In this document: positions 19,412 to 29,508 of the stretch, in pieces | Layout: each line of letters begins with the position of its first letter | How positions within the stretch are numbered: position 1 is the first letter of the stretch | NCBI GenBank assembly: GCA_029862125.1 | Contig: JAOTXY010000010.1 | Coordinates: 41-64,040, forward strand | Reading direction: 5' to 3' | Length of the DNA: 64,000 bases | DNA from: Gammaproteobacteria bacterium | GTDB lineage: Bacteria > Pseudomonadota > Gammaproteobacteria > GCA-001735895 | Notes under the pieces: generated by a model | Database searches by the model: none | Told to the model about the DNA's origin: nothing | Seen by the model: the letters and a program-made list of their open reading frames with translations, nothing else | Program-made: the position numbers and the translations under genes

Positions 19412-20296
19412 TTAGCGGCTGATGCGGTTCTCGATCGGCGGCAGGGCAAGAAGGTAGTCGATCAGCGCGTCGCGGTCTGCCGGGGTCAGGTGTCGGATGC
19501 CTTCAATCACCGGGTCCATCGACCCGACGGCATACTCGCCATTTGGTAGCTCGCCGAATTGTAAAAACTCCCGTAGGCTCGCCCGACTCCAGTCACCGAT
19601 GCCGGTACCCTTGTGGGACGTAATGTTGGGTACCAGCTCGTCTTCCGGGCCGTGTGAATTGCCGGCGTAGGCCAGTTCCGTTTGCATGGCACCAAACAGG
19701 TTGCGCGGCGTATGACATTCACCGCAATGCGCCAGGGCTTCGGCAATATAAGCGCCCCGATTCCATTGCGCGCTCTGTGCGGGCTGTGGTGGTAGTTCCC
19801 CGGGGCTGAAGAACAGCCATTTCCAGGCCCAGGCGGCAGTCCGCCAGTCTACAAACCATGCCAGCTCATGGTCGCGGTTCGGTTGTTCCGATGCGGGCAG
19901 CGATAGAATGTAAGCCTGCAATGCGCGAACATCTGCTTCGAGCATGCGGGTATAAGAGGTGTAAGGAAATGCCGGATAGTAGTCGTTGCCATTCGGTGAC
20001 ACGCCATGGTGTAGCGCACGCTGGAAGTCGTCAGCACTCCACGCACCGATACCCGCGCTCTTGTGGGAGGTTATGTTGGGGGTATAAAAGGTTCCAAAAG
20101 GTGTCACGAGCGCCCGCCCTCCTGCCAGCTGCACGCCGTTTTCGGCAGTATGACAATGGCTGCAACCACTGATCTTTAAAATGTATTCCCCACGCGCAAG
20201 CAATTTTTTGTCGGCCTGCGTTTGCGCGCTAGCACACCATGATGATGCCGCGATGAGCACGCCCACCGCAGCGAGTAAACGCGGTGCCAGGATCAT
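19412..20296 (-). CDS. Diheme c-type cytochrome (dehydrogenase cytochrome-subunit-like), signal peptide
   Basis: Two CxxCH motifs (CSHCH, CGECH). N-terminal signal peptide LLAAVGVLIAASSWCASA. Confidence 0.75.
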   Translation of the reverse strand: MILAPRLLAAVGVLIAASSWCASAQTQADKKLLARGEYILKISGCSHCHTAENGVQLAGGRALVTPFGTFYTPNITSHKSAGIGAWSADDFQRALHHGVSPNGNDYYPAFPYTSYTRMLEADVRALQAYILSLPASEQPNRDHELAWFVDWRTAAWAWKWLFFSPGELPPQPAQSAQWNRGAYIAEALAHCGECHTPRNLFGAMQTELAYAGNSHGPEDELVPNITSHKGTGIGDWSRASLREFLQFGELPNGEYAVGSMDPVIEGIRHLTPADRDALIDYLLALPPIENRISR

Positions 20297-20496
20297 GATT
20301 GCATCATATGCAGCAGCCTATCGAAGCGTCAACGAGCGAGTATCCGATATAGACATTTCACAGGATCGTATCGCAGAACTCGAACCTGCGGGAATTCCGG
20401 CAAATGCCGAAGGCAAGTACGAAACCCAGTGCCATATGGGGCTACCGGGTCCCGGGTTTTGCTCGAGTTGAAATCCTTCCGGACAAGTCTTAGTCG

Positions 20497-20964
20497 CTAT
20501 TGCTTCTCGCGGAATTCGTCGTGGCATCCCTTGCAGGATTTGCCAACTGCTCCCATCTTGGATTTGAGCGCCTCGCGGCCATCACCGGCTACCGCTGCAA
20601 GCTCGTTAACCGCCTCGACGTATTTCTTGCCGTATTTACTAATTTCCGGATAGGTCGTCCAGATCTTTGGCAACGCCGTCGTATCGCCCATGTAATTATC
20701 GATGTCGGATCCCTTTGCCCAGGCGCGGCCATTGTCGAGGTCGAGCATTAGTTTCAGATTTCCGGCAAGTTTTTTAGCCAGGTCAGCGTCGTAATCGATC
20801 TTGCCCTTGGCCATGCCGAACAGCGGTCCCACGTTAAAGGCGCGCAGCTGCATTTCGCCCTGGCGTGCCTTGATGGCATTTTTCAGCGGGTCCTTGCCAG
20901 CAAAGCCGGGTGCGCTAAGTGCCAAACCTGCGATTACAAGCAAAAGTCTAGATGTGGTTTTCAT
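20497..20964 (-). CDS. Cytochrome c' (class II cytochrome c)
   Basis: Signal peptide. About 130 aa mature helical protein with a single C-terminal heme motif CKGCHDEFR, characteristic of cytochrome c'. Confidence 0.8.
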   Translation of the reverse strand: MKTTSRLLLVIAGLALSAPGFAGKDPLKNAIKARQGEMQLRAFNVGPLFGMAKGKIDYDADLAKKLAGNLKLMLDLDNGRAWAKGSDIDNYMGDTTALPKIWTTYPEISKYGKKYVEAVNELAAVAGDGREALKSKMGAVGKSCKGCHDEFREKQ

Positions 20965-21115
20965 GTTTGATCTCCTCGAATTGTTTTTACAAAAATGCTA
21001 AATGGTTGATTTACAATTTTTAACATGCTCGATACTTCAAGCCATGCGCCCGGGTTGCGGCGAAACAACCGGTCCAGCCAGGATCACACAAGTCAAGGCT
21101 GGACCGTTGCAAAAC

Positions 21116-21724
21116 TCAGTTCCTGGATGCTTCGAGCTCAATTTGCAGGTCTAGTACTTCTCCAATACCCGGCAATCCGTAATTGACGCCGAACTCACTG
21201 CGCTTGATCGATGCGGTTGCATCGAATCCGCATACCTGTTTCTTGCTGAAAGGATGCTCACCGCAGTTGATCGAATCGACTTGCAAAGTCACAGGCTTGC
21301 TTACCCCCAGTATCGTCAAATTACCGGTTACTGACGCAAGTTTATTACCATTCCAGCCAGCCTTTGTGGACTTGAAGGTAATGGTCGGGTGTTCGACTGC
21401 GTTCAGGAAATCAGGCGAGGTCAGGTGCTGATCGCGTTTAACGTGACCCGTATCGATCGACGCAGCATCGATCTCGATAGTAACCGAAGCTTTTTTACTG
21501 CTGTGGTCATATTCGAGTGAACCCGACTGCTGGTTGAACTTTCCGCGCATGGTCGAGAAGCCCAGGTGGTTTATCGCAAAGCTGACATAAGTATGCGCGG
21601 GGTCAACGGTGTAGCTGGCGGCCAGCAAGCTGTTGACGGGTAGAATAACCAGGCTTGTTATGAGTAATACTTTCTTCATTTGTTTCTCCTTTGTTTTATA
21701 CATTTCATTTGTAATTGGCCTCAA
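21116..21724 (-). CDS. YceI family polyisoprenoid-binding periplasmic protein
   Basis: Signal peptide. 202 aa with YceI-like blocks (YTVDPAHTYVSF, GNLTILGVSKPVTL). Confidence 0.7.
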   Translation of the reverse strand: MRPITNEMYKTKEKQMKKVLLITSLVILPVNSLLAASYTVDPAHTYVSFAINHLGFSTMRGKFNQQSGSLEYDHSSKKASVTIEIDAASIDTGHVKRDQHLTSPDFLNAVEHPTITFKSTKAGWNGNKLASVTGNLTILGVSKPVTLQVDSINCGEHPFSKKQVCGFDATASIKRSEFGVNYGLPGIGEVLDLQIELEASRN

Positions 21725-21740
21725 ACGAGGTTAAATCGGA

Positions 21741-22586
21741 CTAGTAGCCCGACGAATTCGAACTTCCGGTCTGCCATACCCAGACAGATACGACCAACGC
21801 AATAATTAGTCCGGGCAGGCTGTTAACCAAAGCATTAAAAAAGCGCGAATCAGACTTGACCGGCACCAGGTTGGTAACGAGCGGTATCGTCGCCAGTGGA
21901 ATCAGGGCATACCAGGGCAGGCGCGCAAATATAACAGCGGCCAGTCCAATCAGGGCGGTCGACAAAACATAGGGCAGGGTCGAGATCGAAGCGCTCACTC
22001 TCCCGGGACCGGTAGCTTTGCCACGCAATACCCAGGCCAGCAATACACCGCCGGACGCAGCCGCGAGGCTCAGGGCGAGTTGTCCCAGCAGGGCGGAGGC
22101 GGCGGCCGTTGCGGACAGACCGGTACCGAGCAGCAGACTTAGGCCTGCGCCGTGAAACCGGGCATCGTCATTGGCAATACGCTCGAATGTCCACAGTAGC
22201 CACAAAACCAGTCCGACGCCTCCGGCCAGGAACAGAACGATAGCGGTGATTTCCATGCGCGCCACGACTTTGCCGAAAACCCATAACAGCGCCAGAATGG
22301 TCAAAACAGGTGCTGCGGCCCGCTGTAGCTTTACCTGTCGAATCAGGTATGGAGCCAGCCCCGCCAGGATGAGCGCGCCCAGCACCAGCAGGATGATTTT
22401 ACGGGTGCCGGTCAGCGGCGTGACGGTGACGCCGTTTATCAGTCCGGCAGATACCAGGAAGGCGGCAAACAGGGCCCATATCCAGGCGCCTGCGGTAACT
22501 TTTTTCAATCCACTGTAAACCAGCATCGCCAAGAAGAACGGGATGAGTGCGCTTTGAAATTCTGGCCGATCGAGCAGCTGTTCCAT
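21741..22586 (-). CDS. Hypothetical polytopic inner-membrane protein
   Basis: 281 aa, almost entirely hydrophobic helices (about 8 TM). Divergent from the LysR gene. Confidence 0.5.
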   Translation of the reverse strand: MEQLLDRPEFQSALIPFFLAMLVYSGLKKVTAGAWIWALFAAFLVSAGLINGVTVTPLTGTRKIILLVLGALILAGLAPYLIRQVKLQRAAAPVLTILALLWVFGKVVARMEITAIVLFLAGGVGLVLWLLWTFERIANDDARFHGAGLSLLLGTGLSATAAASALLGQLALSLAAASGGVLLAWVLRGKATGPGRVSASISTLPYVLSTALIGLAAVIFARLPWYALIPLATIPLVTNLVPVKSDSRFFNALVNSLPGLIIALVVSVWVWQTGSSNSSGY

Positions 22587-22755
22587 CAGTGATAATCTAG
22601 TTTCCGGCTAACGGGGTAATCGTTGTGCCAGCGTTGCATGTGCTTATTGACTGGCATCCATAACACCACTATTGGGTAATAGAATAAGTGGGATCATGCT
22701 AACATGTAATATTTTTACATCAAATTACCTATTTTTGCGCTATAGTGCTGCAATT

Positions 22756-23622
22756 ATGCAGCATATTAACTGGGACAATCTGCGTTACGTCCTGATGGTC
22801 GCGAACAAGGGATCCGTGGCCGCGGCGGCGCGTGAACTTGAGGTTAACCGCACTACGGTATTGCGTCGTATCGATAAATTCCAGGAAAACCTGAATTGCC
22901 GCATCTTTGATCGGGGCAGGGCGGGCTATGTTTTGACTCCGGAGGCGGAGAAAATGATCAATGCCGCGCGCGAGGTAGAGGACACGCTGTTCACCATGCA
23001 GCGCCAGATCGCCGGGCATGAGTTGAAACTTGAAGGTGAATTGCGGGTAACGACGACCGATTCCTTCATGTTATCGGTGCTGGGCCCGCATCTTGCCAGC
23101 TTCAGAGAAAAACACCCGCACATCGTCGTCGATTTACTGGTCACCAATAGCCTCCTTGATCTTAACCGACGCGATGCGGACGTTGCGATACGGCCAACCG
23201 GGCATCCAGATTCCAGCCTGGTCTCGAAACGGCTATGCGATGTTGAGTTTGGGGTATATGCGTCTGTTGAGTATCTTGAGTCAACCACGCCGGGTAATAT
23301 TATCGATGGCCGCTGGATAGGTCTTGTCGATAGCCTGGGTACAACACCCATTGGTAGCTGGTTCGATGAGGCCATCGATAAGTCCAGAATTTGCATGCGC
23401 TGTGATTCCTTTGTCGCAATCCGAATTGCCGCGGAAGCAGGCATCGGACTCGCGCTATTACCCCGCTTCCTGGGCGATGCCTCCCAGGTCTTGAACCGGG
23501 TGGAATTTCCGACCGCGAAGCTGACCACGGGTTTATGGATTTTGACGCATCCTGACCTGGTACGTTCTGCCCGGGTCCACGCGTTCATCGATCACTTCAG
23601 CGAAGCGCTCGGTTCACCCTGA
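22756..23622 (+). CDS. LysR family transcriptional regulator
   Basis: N-terminal HTH LRYVLMVANKGSVAAAARELEVNRTTVLRRI starting at ATG 22756. LysR substrate-binding-domain length. The listed ORF start at 22672 adds a non-homologous leader. Confidence 0.85.
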   Translation: MQHINWDNLRYVLMVANKGSVAAAARELEVNRTTVLRRIDKFQENLNCRIFDRGRAGYVLTPEAEKMINAAREVEDTLFTMQRQIAGHELKLEGELRVTTTDSFMLSVLGPHLASFREKHPHIVVDLLVTNSLLDLNRRDADVAIRPTGHPDSSLVSKRLCDVEFGVYASVEYLESTTPGNIIDGRWIGLVDSLGTTPIGSWFDEAIDKSRICMRCDSFVAIRIAAEAGIGLALLPRFLGDASQVLNRVEFPTAKLTTGLWILTHPDLVRSARVHAFIDHFSEALGSP

Positions 23623-24484
23623 TACGGGTTATGCCAATGCCACCCAGTATGGTGGCCAGGGCGACGAAATGTTGCCAGGATACCGGTTCTGATAATAGCC
23701 AGGCGCCGCATAAAAAAGCCACCACCGGGATCAGGTAGTTGATAGTCGACAGAAAGGTCGGCCCGGCGCGGTCAATGACAGCAAACAGGATGATGGTCGC
23801 AATGCCGGTGGGACCAATACCCAGCCAGATCACGGACATCATCGAATCCTGGCTGATGGCGTTGTTGTCGGGTGCCAGAACCAGCCAGATGGGCAGCATG
23901 ACCAGGCTTGCCATGATGACTACACCACAGGCACCCACCATCGGGCTGAAGCGCGGCAGGCGTTTGATCAGGATCGAATTGACGGCATAACAGGTGGCCG
24001 CGGTAAAAATTGCCAGGCCACTCCAGAATTCGCGGCCACCGCCTTCGAACACCGGGCCAAGCAGCAGGGTGACCCCGGTAATGCCAAGCGCGAAGCCAAT
24101 CAGCTTGTAACGATTGAGCTTTTCGTCGACGACAAAATAATGTGCAAACACCATGGTCAACAGCGGCATGATTGCCATGATCATGCCGGCGACGCCCGAG
24201 TCTACCTCTTGTTGCCCCCAGGAGATCAGAAAGAAAGGTAAAGCATTACCGACGATAGCCATTACCAGGAAACCCGCCCAGGTGCGCCAATCCCGGGGAA
24301 TTGAATGACCGCGCGCGTAGACCACCAGTGACAGCACCAATGCACCCAGCGCCAGGCGGTAAAAAACAACCGAGATCGGATCGACGGTGCTGACCGATAT
24401 CGCGGTAAACATGAAGGAAGTCCCCCACAGTGCGACCAGGCCCAGCAACAGCGTCCAGTTGATCAGGATTGTTCTTGAATTCAA
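23597..24484 (-). CDS. DMT superfamily transporter (EamA family)
   Basis: 295 aa, 10 TM helices, duplicated EamA-like halves. The convergent 26-bp 3' overlap with the LysR gene. Confidence 0.8.
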   Translation of the reverse strand: MNSRTILINWTLLLGLVALWGTSFMFTAISVSTVDPISVVFYRLALGALVLSLVVYARGHSIPRDWRTWAGFLVMAIVGNALPFFLISWGQQEVDSGVAGMIMAIMPLLTMVFAHYFVVDEKLNRYKLIGFALGITGVTLLLGPVFEGGGREFWSGLAIFTAATCYAVNSILIKRLPRFSPMVGACGVVIMASLVMLPIWLVLAPDNNAISQDSMMSVIWLGIGPTGIATIILFAVIDRAGPTFLSTINYLIPVVAFLCGAWLLSEPVSWQHFVALATILGGIGITRIRVNRALR

Positions 24485-24487
24485 AGC

Positions 24488-26440
24488 TTAGTCTTTCAGC
24501 TGGGGCAGGTTGCGATAGAGTTCTAACGCTTCTGGATTGGCAAGTGAGTGCACATTCTTGACCGCCCGGTCATGGACCACTTCGCGCACCGCGAGTTCGA
24601 CTATCTTGCCCGACTTGGTGCGCGGTATTTCGGATACCTGCACAATCCTGGCGGGCACATGACGGGGTGTGCATTTCGCTCGTACGGTCCCGCGGATCCT
24701 GTCTTGCAGCGCATCGTCGAGATCAATGCCAGGCTGTAAAACAACAAACAGTACAACGCGTACATCGTCCTCCCATTGCTGCCCGATGACGATGCTTTCG
24801 ACAATTTCATCCAGTTGTTCAACATGTCGGTAAATCTCGGCGGTGCCGATACGCACGCCCCCAGGATTCAGGGTTGCGTCGGAACGACCGAAAATAATGA
24901 TGCCATCGTGATCGGTCAGCATGACGTAGTCGCCATGATGCCAAACGTTATCAAAACGCGCGAAGTAGGCGTTGTGGTATTTTTCGCCGCTGTTATCGCC
25001 CCAGAAATAAACCGGTTGGCAGGGAAAAGTCTGGGTGCAGACCAGCTCGCCTTTCTTGTTGCGGACCGGATTACCATCGTCATCAAACACGTCAACAGCC
25101 ATGCCGAGCCCGCGGCACTGGACTTCACCCCGGTATATAGGCCTTAGTGGACAGCTGATGACAAAACAGGAAACGATGTCAGTGCCGCCTGATACCGAGG
25201 CGAGACAGAGATCCTGCTTGATGTTTTCGTAAACATAGTCAAAACTTTCCGGCGCGAGCACCGACCCGGTCGACGCAATTGTGCGCAAGCCCGACAGCTT
25301 AAACTTATTTAGTGGACGCAGCCCGGCCTTTTTCATCGCGTCGATGTATTTGGCCGAGGTACCAAAAATAGTCAGATCGATATCCTCGGCATAACGCCAC
25401 AGCACTTCACCATCCGGATAGAAAGGCGACCCGTCGTAAAGCACCAGCGCTGCTTTACTCGCGAGTGCGCTTACCAGCCAGTTCCACATCATCCAGCCCA
25501 GCGTGGTGAAATAAAATACGCGGTCCCCGGGATGGATATCGCAATGTAGCATCTGCTCCTTTAAATGCTGGATCAACGTACCGCCCACCCCGTGGGTGAT
25601 GCACTTGGGCTTACCGGTCGTACCCGAGGAATAGAGTACGTATAACGGGTCATTAAAATTGCGCGCCACGAATTCTATTTCGGTGACGGGGTTGGCGATG
25701 ATGTCGCTCCAGGCAACAGCCCCATGCTGGTTGCCGAACCCGGCAAAGTTGATCTGGACAACCTGTTCAAGGGTCGGTAACTGCGCACAGATGCTTTTAA
25801 CCTTGTTATTGATATCGTGGCGTTTACCGTTATAAAAGTATCCGTCCACGGTGAACAGAAACCTCGGTTCGGTCTGGCCGAAGCGGTCGACGACGCTGTC
25901 CTCGCCGAAGTCGGGTGAAGTTGATGTCCACACCGCACCGAGGCTGGTAGCCGCAAGCATCGCGACCACGGCTTCGGGCATATTGGGCAGGTAGGCAGCG
26001 ACGCGATCGCCGGGTTTAAGTCCATTCATTTTAAGCCAGTCGGAAACGCTTGCGACCTGGTCGTAAAGTTCACGGTAAGTCAGCGAGTAGTCGACCTGGT
26101 CCTCGGCGCGAAAGTAAATCGCGATTTCGTCATTCTTTTTGCGCAACAGGTTTTCGGCAAAATTGAGTGTTGCATCGGGAAACCATTGCGCTTTTTCGAT
26201 ATCTTCGCCATCGATCAGGATGCGTTCACCCTTGTCTCCGATAATTTCGAAAAAATCCCAGGCCTCCGACCAGAAGGTTTCCTTTTGATCAGTCGACCAT
26301 TGGTAGAGTGCGTCGTAGTCGTTGATCGAAAGGTCGTGGCGCTGATTCACCTGCGCAATAAAGCGCGTCATGTTGGCCGCGTCAATGCTGGCCTGGCTGG
26401 GCGTCCACAGGGGTTGTTGTTCTGTCATTTTTAGCGTCAT
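24488..26440 (-). CDS. Acetoacetate--CoA ligase (acetoacetyl-CoA synthetase)
   Basis: 650 aa AMP-forming ligase. N-terminus QPLWTPSQASI and YSSGTTGKPK AMP-binding motif. Overall layout typical of acetoacetyl-CoA synthetase. Confidence 0.85.
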   Translation of the reverse strand: MTLKMTEQQPLWTPSQASIDAANMTRFIAQVNQRHDLSINDYDALYQWSTDQKETFWSEAWDFFEIIGDKGERILIDGEDIEKAQWFPDATLNFAENLLRKKNDEIAIYFRAEDQVDYSLTYRELYDQVASVSDWLKMNGLKPGDRVAAYLPNMPEAVVAMLAATSLGAVWTSTSPDFGEDSVVDRFGQTEPRFLFTVDGYFYNGKRHDINNKVKSICAQLPTLEQVVQINFAGFGNQHGAVAWSDIIANPVTEIEFVARNFNDPLYVLYSSGTTGKPKCITHGVGGTLIQHLKEQMLHCDIHPGDRVFYFTTLGWMMWNWLVSALASKAALVLYDGSPFYPDGEVLWRYAEDIDLTIFGTSAKYIDAMKKAGLRPLNKFKLSGLRTIASTGSVLAPESFDYVYENIKQDLCLASVSGGTDIVSCFVISCPLRPIYRGEVQCRGLGMAVDVFDDDGNPVRNKKGELVCTQTFPCQPVYFWGDNSGEKYHNAYFARFDNVWHHGDYVMLTDHDGIIIFGRSDATLNPGGVRIGTAEIYRHVEQLDEIVESIVIGQQWEDDVRVVLFVVLQPGIDLDDALQDRIRGTVRAKCTPRHVPARIVQVSEIPRTKSGKIVELAVREVVHDRAVKNVHSLANPEALELYRNLPQLKD

Positions 26441-26670
26441 CCCGCACTATATTGCGTCATCCCCGCGAAAGCGGGGATCTCGTAACCTTGTCGCAATCTT
26501 AACAAGATTCCCCCCGGGCCGCGTAGGCTTACGCGGGAATGTCTGGTTAAGGGGTCGTACCCGCGTGAGCGAGGCCTCTTAGCGGACCACCGATTACAAG
26601 ATCCCGGATATGCGCTGTGCGCATTCCGGGATGACCCCCAGTCACCCGCCTACGGGCTGGTGACTGGAGG
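26441..26670. repeat. Structured, repeat-rich 230-bp intergenic element inside an operon (multiple hairpins, direct and inverted GCGTCATCCCGC repeats)
   Basis: Direct repeats agcgtcatcccgc (26437) and gcgtcatccccgc (26455) with an inverted copy ccgggatgacc (26626). Hairpins ccccgcgaaagcgggg (26461-26476), ccgcgtaggcttacgcgg (26518-26535), atcccggatatgcgctgtgcgcattccgggat (26601-26632) and gtcacccgcctacgggctggtgac (26641-26664). Confidence 0.5.
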
Positions 26671-27453
26671 TCACTTTCCTTTCCACACCGGATCGCGTTT
26701 TTCGGCGAACGCCTTGAAGCCTTCCATGCCGTCTTCACTGCCATAGAGGGTATCGACAGTCTCAAGCTGGCGCTTGGTAATCCGGTTCATCGTATCCTGG
26801 AACTTCATCGCCTCGGCTTCACGCGCGACTTCCTTGATCGATGCAAACACCAGCGGTGGTCCGGCGGCCAGTTCGAACGCAACCTCCCAGACTCGGTCCA
26901 TTAACTCGTCCGTCGGCAGAACCTCGTTTACCAGGCCCCAACGCAAGGCTTCGGCGCTATCCATCCAGCGGCCGCGATAGAGCATTTCCATCGCCACGTG
27001 GTAGGGAATGCGCTTCGGTAGTTTAATCGTTGCGGCGTCAGCCAGTGTGCCGGCCTTGATCTCGGGTAGCGCGAAACTCGAATGTTCGGAGGCGTAAATC
27101 AGGTCCGCTGACAACATGAGTTCAAAGCCCCCACCGACCGCCATACCGTTGACCGCGGCAATGACGGGTTTATTAAGACCGCGCAATTCCTGCAGCCCAG
27201 CAAATCCGCCAACGCCGTAGTCGCCATCAACCGCGTCGCCATCCGCGGCGGCCTTTAAATCCCAACCGGCAGAAAAGAATTTATCGCCCGCGGTCTGGAC
27301 AATGGCAACGCGCAACTCGGGGTCGTCACGGAATTCCCTGAACGTCTCGCCCATCAGTCGGCTGGTATGGAGATCGATAGCATTGGCCTTGGGTCGATCT
27401 AGCGTGACTTCGAGAACCCCGCCTTCTCTGCGGGTAGTGATTACATCAGTCAT
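26671..27453 (-). CDS. Enoyl-CoA hydratase/isomerase (crotonase) family protein
   Basis: 260 aa. Crotonase-fold motifs FSAGWDLK and AAVNGMAVGGGFELMLSADLIYA. Confidence 0.85.
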   Translation of the reverse strand: MTDVITTRREGGVLEVTLDRPKANAIDLHTSRLMGETFREFRDDPELRVAIVQTAGDKFFSAGWDLKAAADGDAVDGDYGVGGFAGLQELRGLNKPVIAAVNGMAVGGGFELMLSADLIYASEHSSFALPEIKAGTLADAATIKLPKRIPYHVAMEMLYRGRWMDSAEALRWGLVNEVLPTDELMDRVWEVAFELAAGPPLVFASIKEVAREAEAMKFQDTMNRITKRQLETVDTLYGSEDGMEGFKAFAEKRDPVWKGK

Positions 27454-29508
27454 TTATTTCTGCTCCTCTAGTACGATAAGTGCATCGGCCGCGAAAACAC
27501 CTTCTCCCTGCGCGCCGATCATTAATGGATTAACGTCAAGTTCGATCAGTGAACCCGAATTCGAGATCGCGAATTGCTGGATAGCAACAATGGCATCGAC
27601 GGTAGCTTCGATGTCAGCGGCGGGCTTGCCACGATAGCCATCTAGCAACGATGCGGATTTAAGGCCCGCGACTGTAGCTTCGATTTCATCGCGCCGTGCC
27701 GGGATGATAAGAGTTTTACTATCCTTCAGGATTTCGACCAGGATGCCGCCGCTGCCGATGGTCAAAATCAGGCCATACTGGGGATCGCGAGTTACCCCGA
27801 CAATCAATTCGGCCACGGCCGGTTTCATGGTTTCCAGGTAAAGCTGGTCGCTGAGTTTGAATAATTCGTTGGCCGATCGACTGACGTCTGCCTCGTTAAC
27901 CAGGTTCAATCGTACCGCGTTATGCTCGGTTTTATGGGCGATGCCGAGCGCTTTCATTACCAGCGGATAACCCAGGCTCGGTGCAAGCTCCAGTGCGGCT
28001 TCATTCGAATCGACGCATTGACCTTCCGGTATCGGTACGCCCACCGCGTTTAAACGCTGCTTGGCGCTTGCTTCATCGAGGGTTATCCCGGTGCTGCAAG
28101 TCGGGGCAAGCTGTAATACCGGTTCAGGTCGTTCCTGATTCCAGGCGGCGCCGATGTCGGCGGCGATTCCGGTTGCCTGCAGCGCCTCGTCTATGCCGTA
28201 GAAACTGACGATGCCACGCCGACTGAAATTCTCTGTATATTCCTCGGGGATATTCTCCGGCATACCGACGACGAACGCGCCCTTGGCCCGGTTATGCTTG
28301 AGTGCGGCTTCGAAGGCGTCGACCGCAATGTGCCATTCCCAGTCTTCGCAGCGCGCATGATGCGGGAAATCGAGGATCAGGTAATTCATATCGAAGTCCA
28401 GGGCCGTCATCCCGCGATAGGTGGCTTCCATCACTTCCCGGTTACCCCAACTGTAGGTCTGGTAGTCGAGAGGGTTGGCAACCGTGACCAGGGGGCCCAG
28501 CGCGGCTTCGATCGGTGCCTTTTGCGAGTCTTCGAGATCGGGGAAGTAAACCTTGTGCCGTGCGGCGGTGTCGGCAATGATGCTGGCTTCACCGCCGGAG
28601 CAGCTCATCGACGATACCCGGTAGCCCTCGAGCGGTCCGTGCTGATGCAGTAGTTTCAGCGTCTCCAGGAACACCGGGATCGATTCGGCCTGGCCGAATC
28701 CGTTACGGCGTAAAAATTCGCTCGTCACCTCGTGCGAACCCACCAGCGATGCAGTGTGCGACATTGCGGCAGCTTGTGACTGTTCGCTCTTGCCGACCTT
28801 GAACACGACGATCGGTTTGTTTAAAGCGCGCGATTTTTGCGCCAGTTTTTCCATCGCTACAATTGAATCGAAACCTTCGACGTACATGCCGAGCGCGGTA
28901 ACGCGAGGATCATCGAGCAACGACAGTGCCAGCTCTGATATGCCGACCACCGCCTGGTTGCCAACCGTAACAACGTAGGTCAGTGGCAGCCCACGCTTTT
29001 GCATGGTGAAGTTAATCGCGATGTTGGATGACTGGGCGATGATCGCAACCCCGGTGCTGTCGGCTTTTAGACGCTTGCCGCCCTGCTGATCGGGCCACAG
29101 CAGCGCGCCGTCGGCGTAATTGATAAAGCCGTAACAGTTCGGGCCGAGAATCGGCATGTCGCCCGCTGCCTCGATCAATGCGGCCTGCAACTCACCCCCG
29201 GTCTTATCGGCTTCGCGAAAGCCCGAGGCATAGCATACCGCGCCTCCGCAGCCGCGTTCCCGCAACGCCCTGACCACATCGACGCTAGCGTGCCGATTAA
29301 CTCCGACAAAGGCGGCATCGGGCACACCGGGCAGGTCCTCGACGCGCTTGAACGCGGGGATTCCGCGCACCTCGGTTTTCTCGGGATGTACCGGCCAGAT
29401 CTCGCCCTGGTAGCCCATCAGTTGGCATTGTTCGACCACGCGGCTCGCTTGCAGGCCGCCGATCGCGGTGATCGACCCGGGTCGCAGCAGTCGTTCCAGG
29501 CCGGACAT
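27454..29508 (-). CDS. Acyl-CoA synthetase, NDP(ADP)-forming (acetate--CoA ligase family; CoA-binding + succinyl-CoA-synthetase-like + ATP-grasp domains)
   Basis: 684 aa. N-terminal CoA-binding motif SITAIGG. Central flavodoxin-like domain. C-terminal ATP-grasp domain. No intergenic gap to the flanking ECH and ACAD genes. Confidence 0.75.
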   Translation of the reverse strand: MSGLERLLRPGSITAIGGLQASRVVEQCQLMGYQGEIWPVHPEKTEVRGIPAFKRVEDLPGVPDAAFVGVNRHASVDVVRALRERGCGGAVCYASGFREADKTGGELQAALIEAAGDMPILGPNCYGFINYADGALLWPDQQGGKRLKADSTGVAIIAQSSNIAINFTMQKRGLPLTYVVTVGNQAVVGISELALSLLDDPRVTALGMYVEGFDSIVAMEKLAQKSRALNKPIVVFKVGKSEQSQAAAMSHTASLVGSHEVTSEFLRRNGFGQAESIPVFLETLKLLHQHGPLEGYRVSSMSCSGGEASIIADTAARHKVYFPDLEDSQKAPIEAALGPLVTVANPLDYQTYSWGNREVMEATYRGMTALDFDMNYLILDFPHHARCEDWEWHIAVDAFEAALKHNRAKGAFVVGMPENIPEEYTENFSRRGIVSFYGIDEALQATGIAADIGAAWNQERPEPVLQLAPTCSTGITLDEASAKQRLNAVGVPIPEGQCVDSNEAALELAPSLGYPLVMKALGIAHKTEHNAVRLNLVNEADVSRSANELFKLSDQLYLETMKPAVAELIVGVTRDPQYGLILTIGSGGILVEILKDSKTLIIPARRDEIEATVAGLKSASLLDGYRGKPAADIEATVDAIVAIQQFAISNSGSLIELDVNPLMIGAQGEGVFAADALIVLEEQK

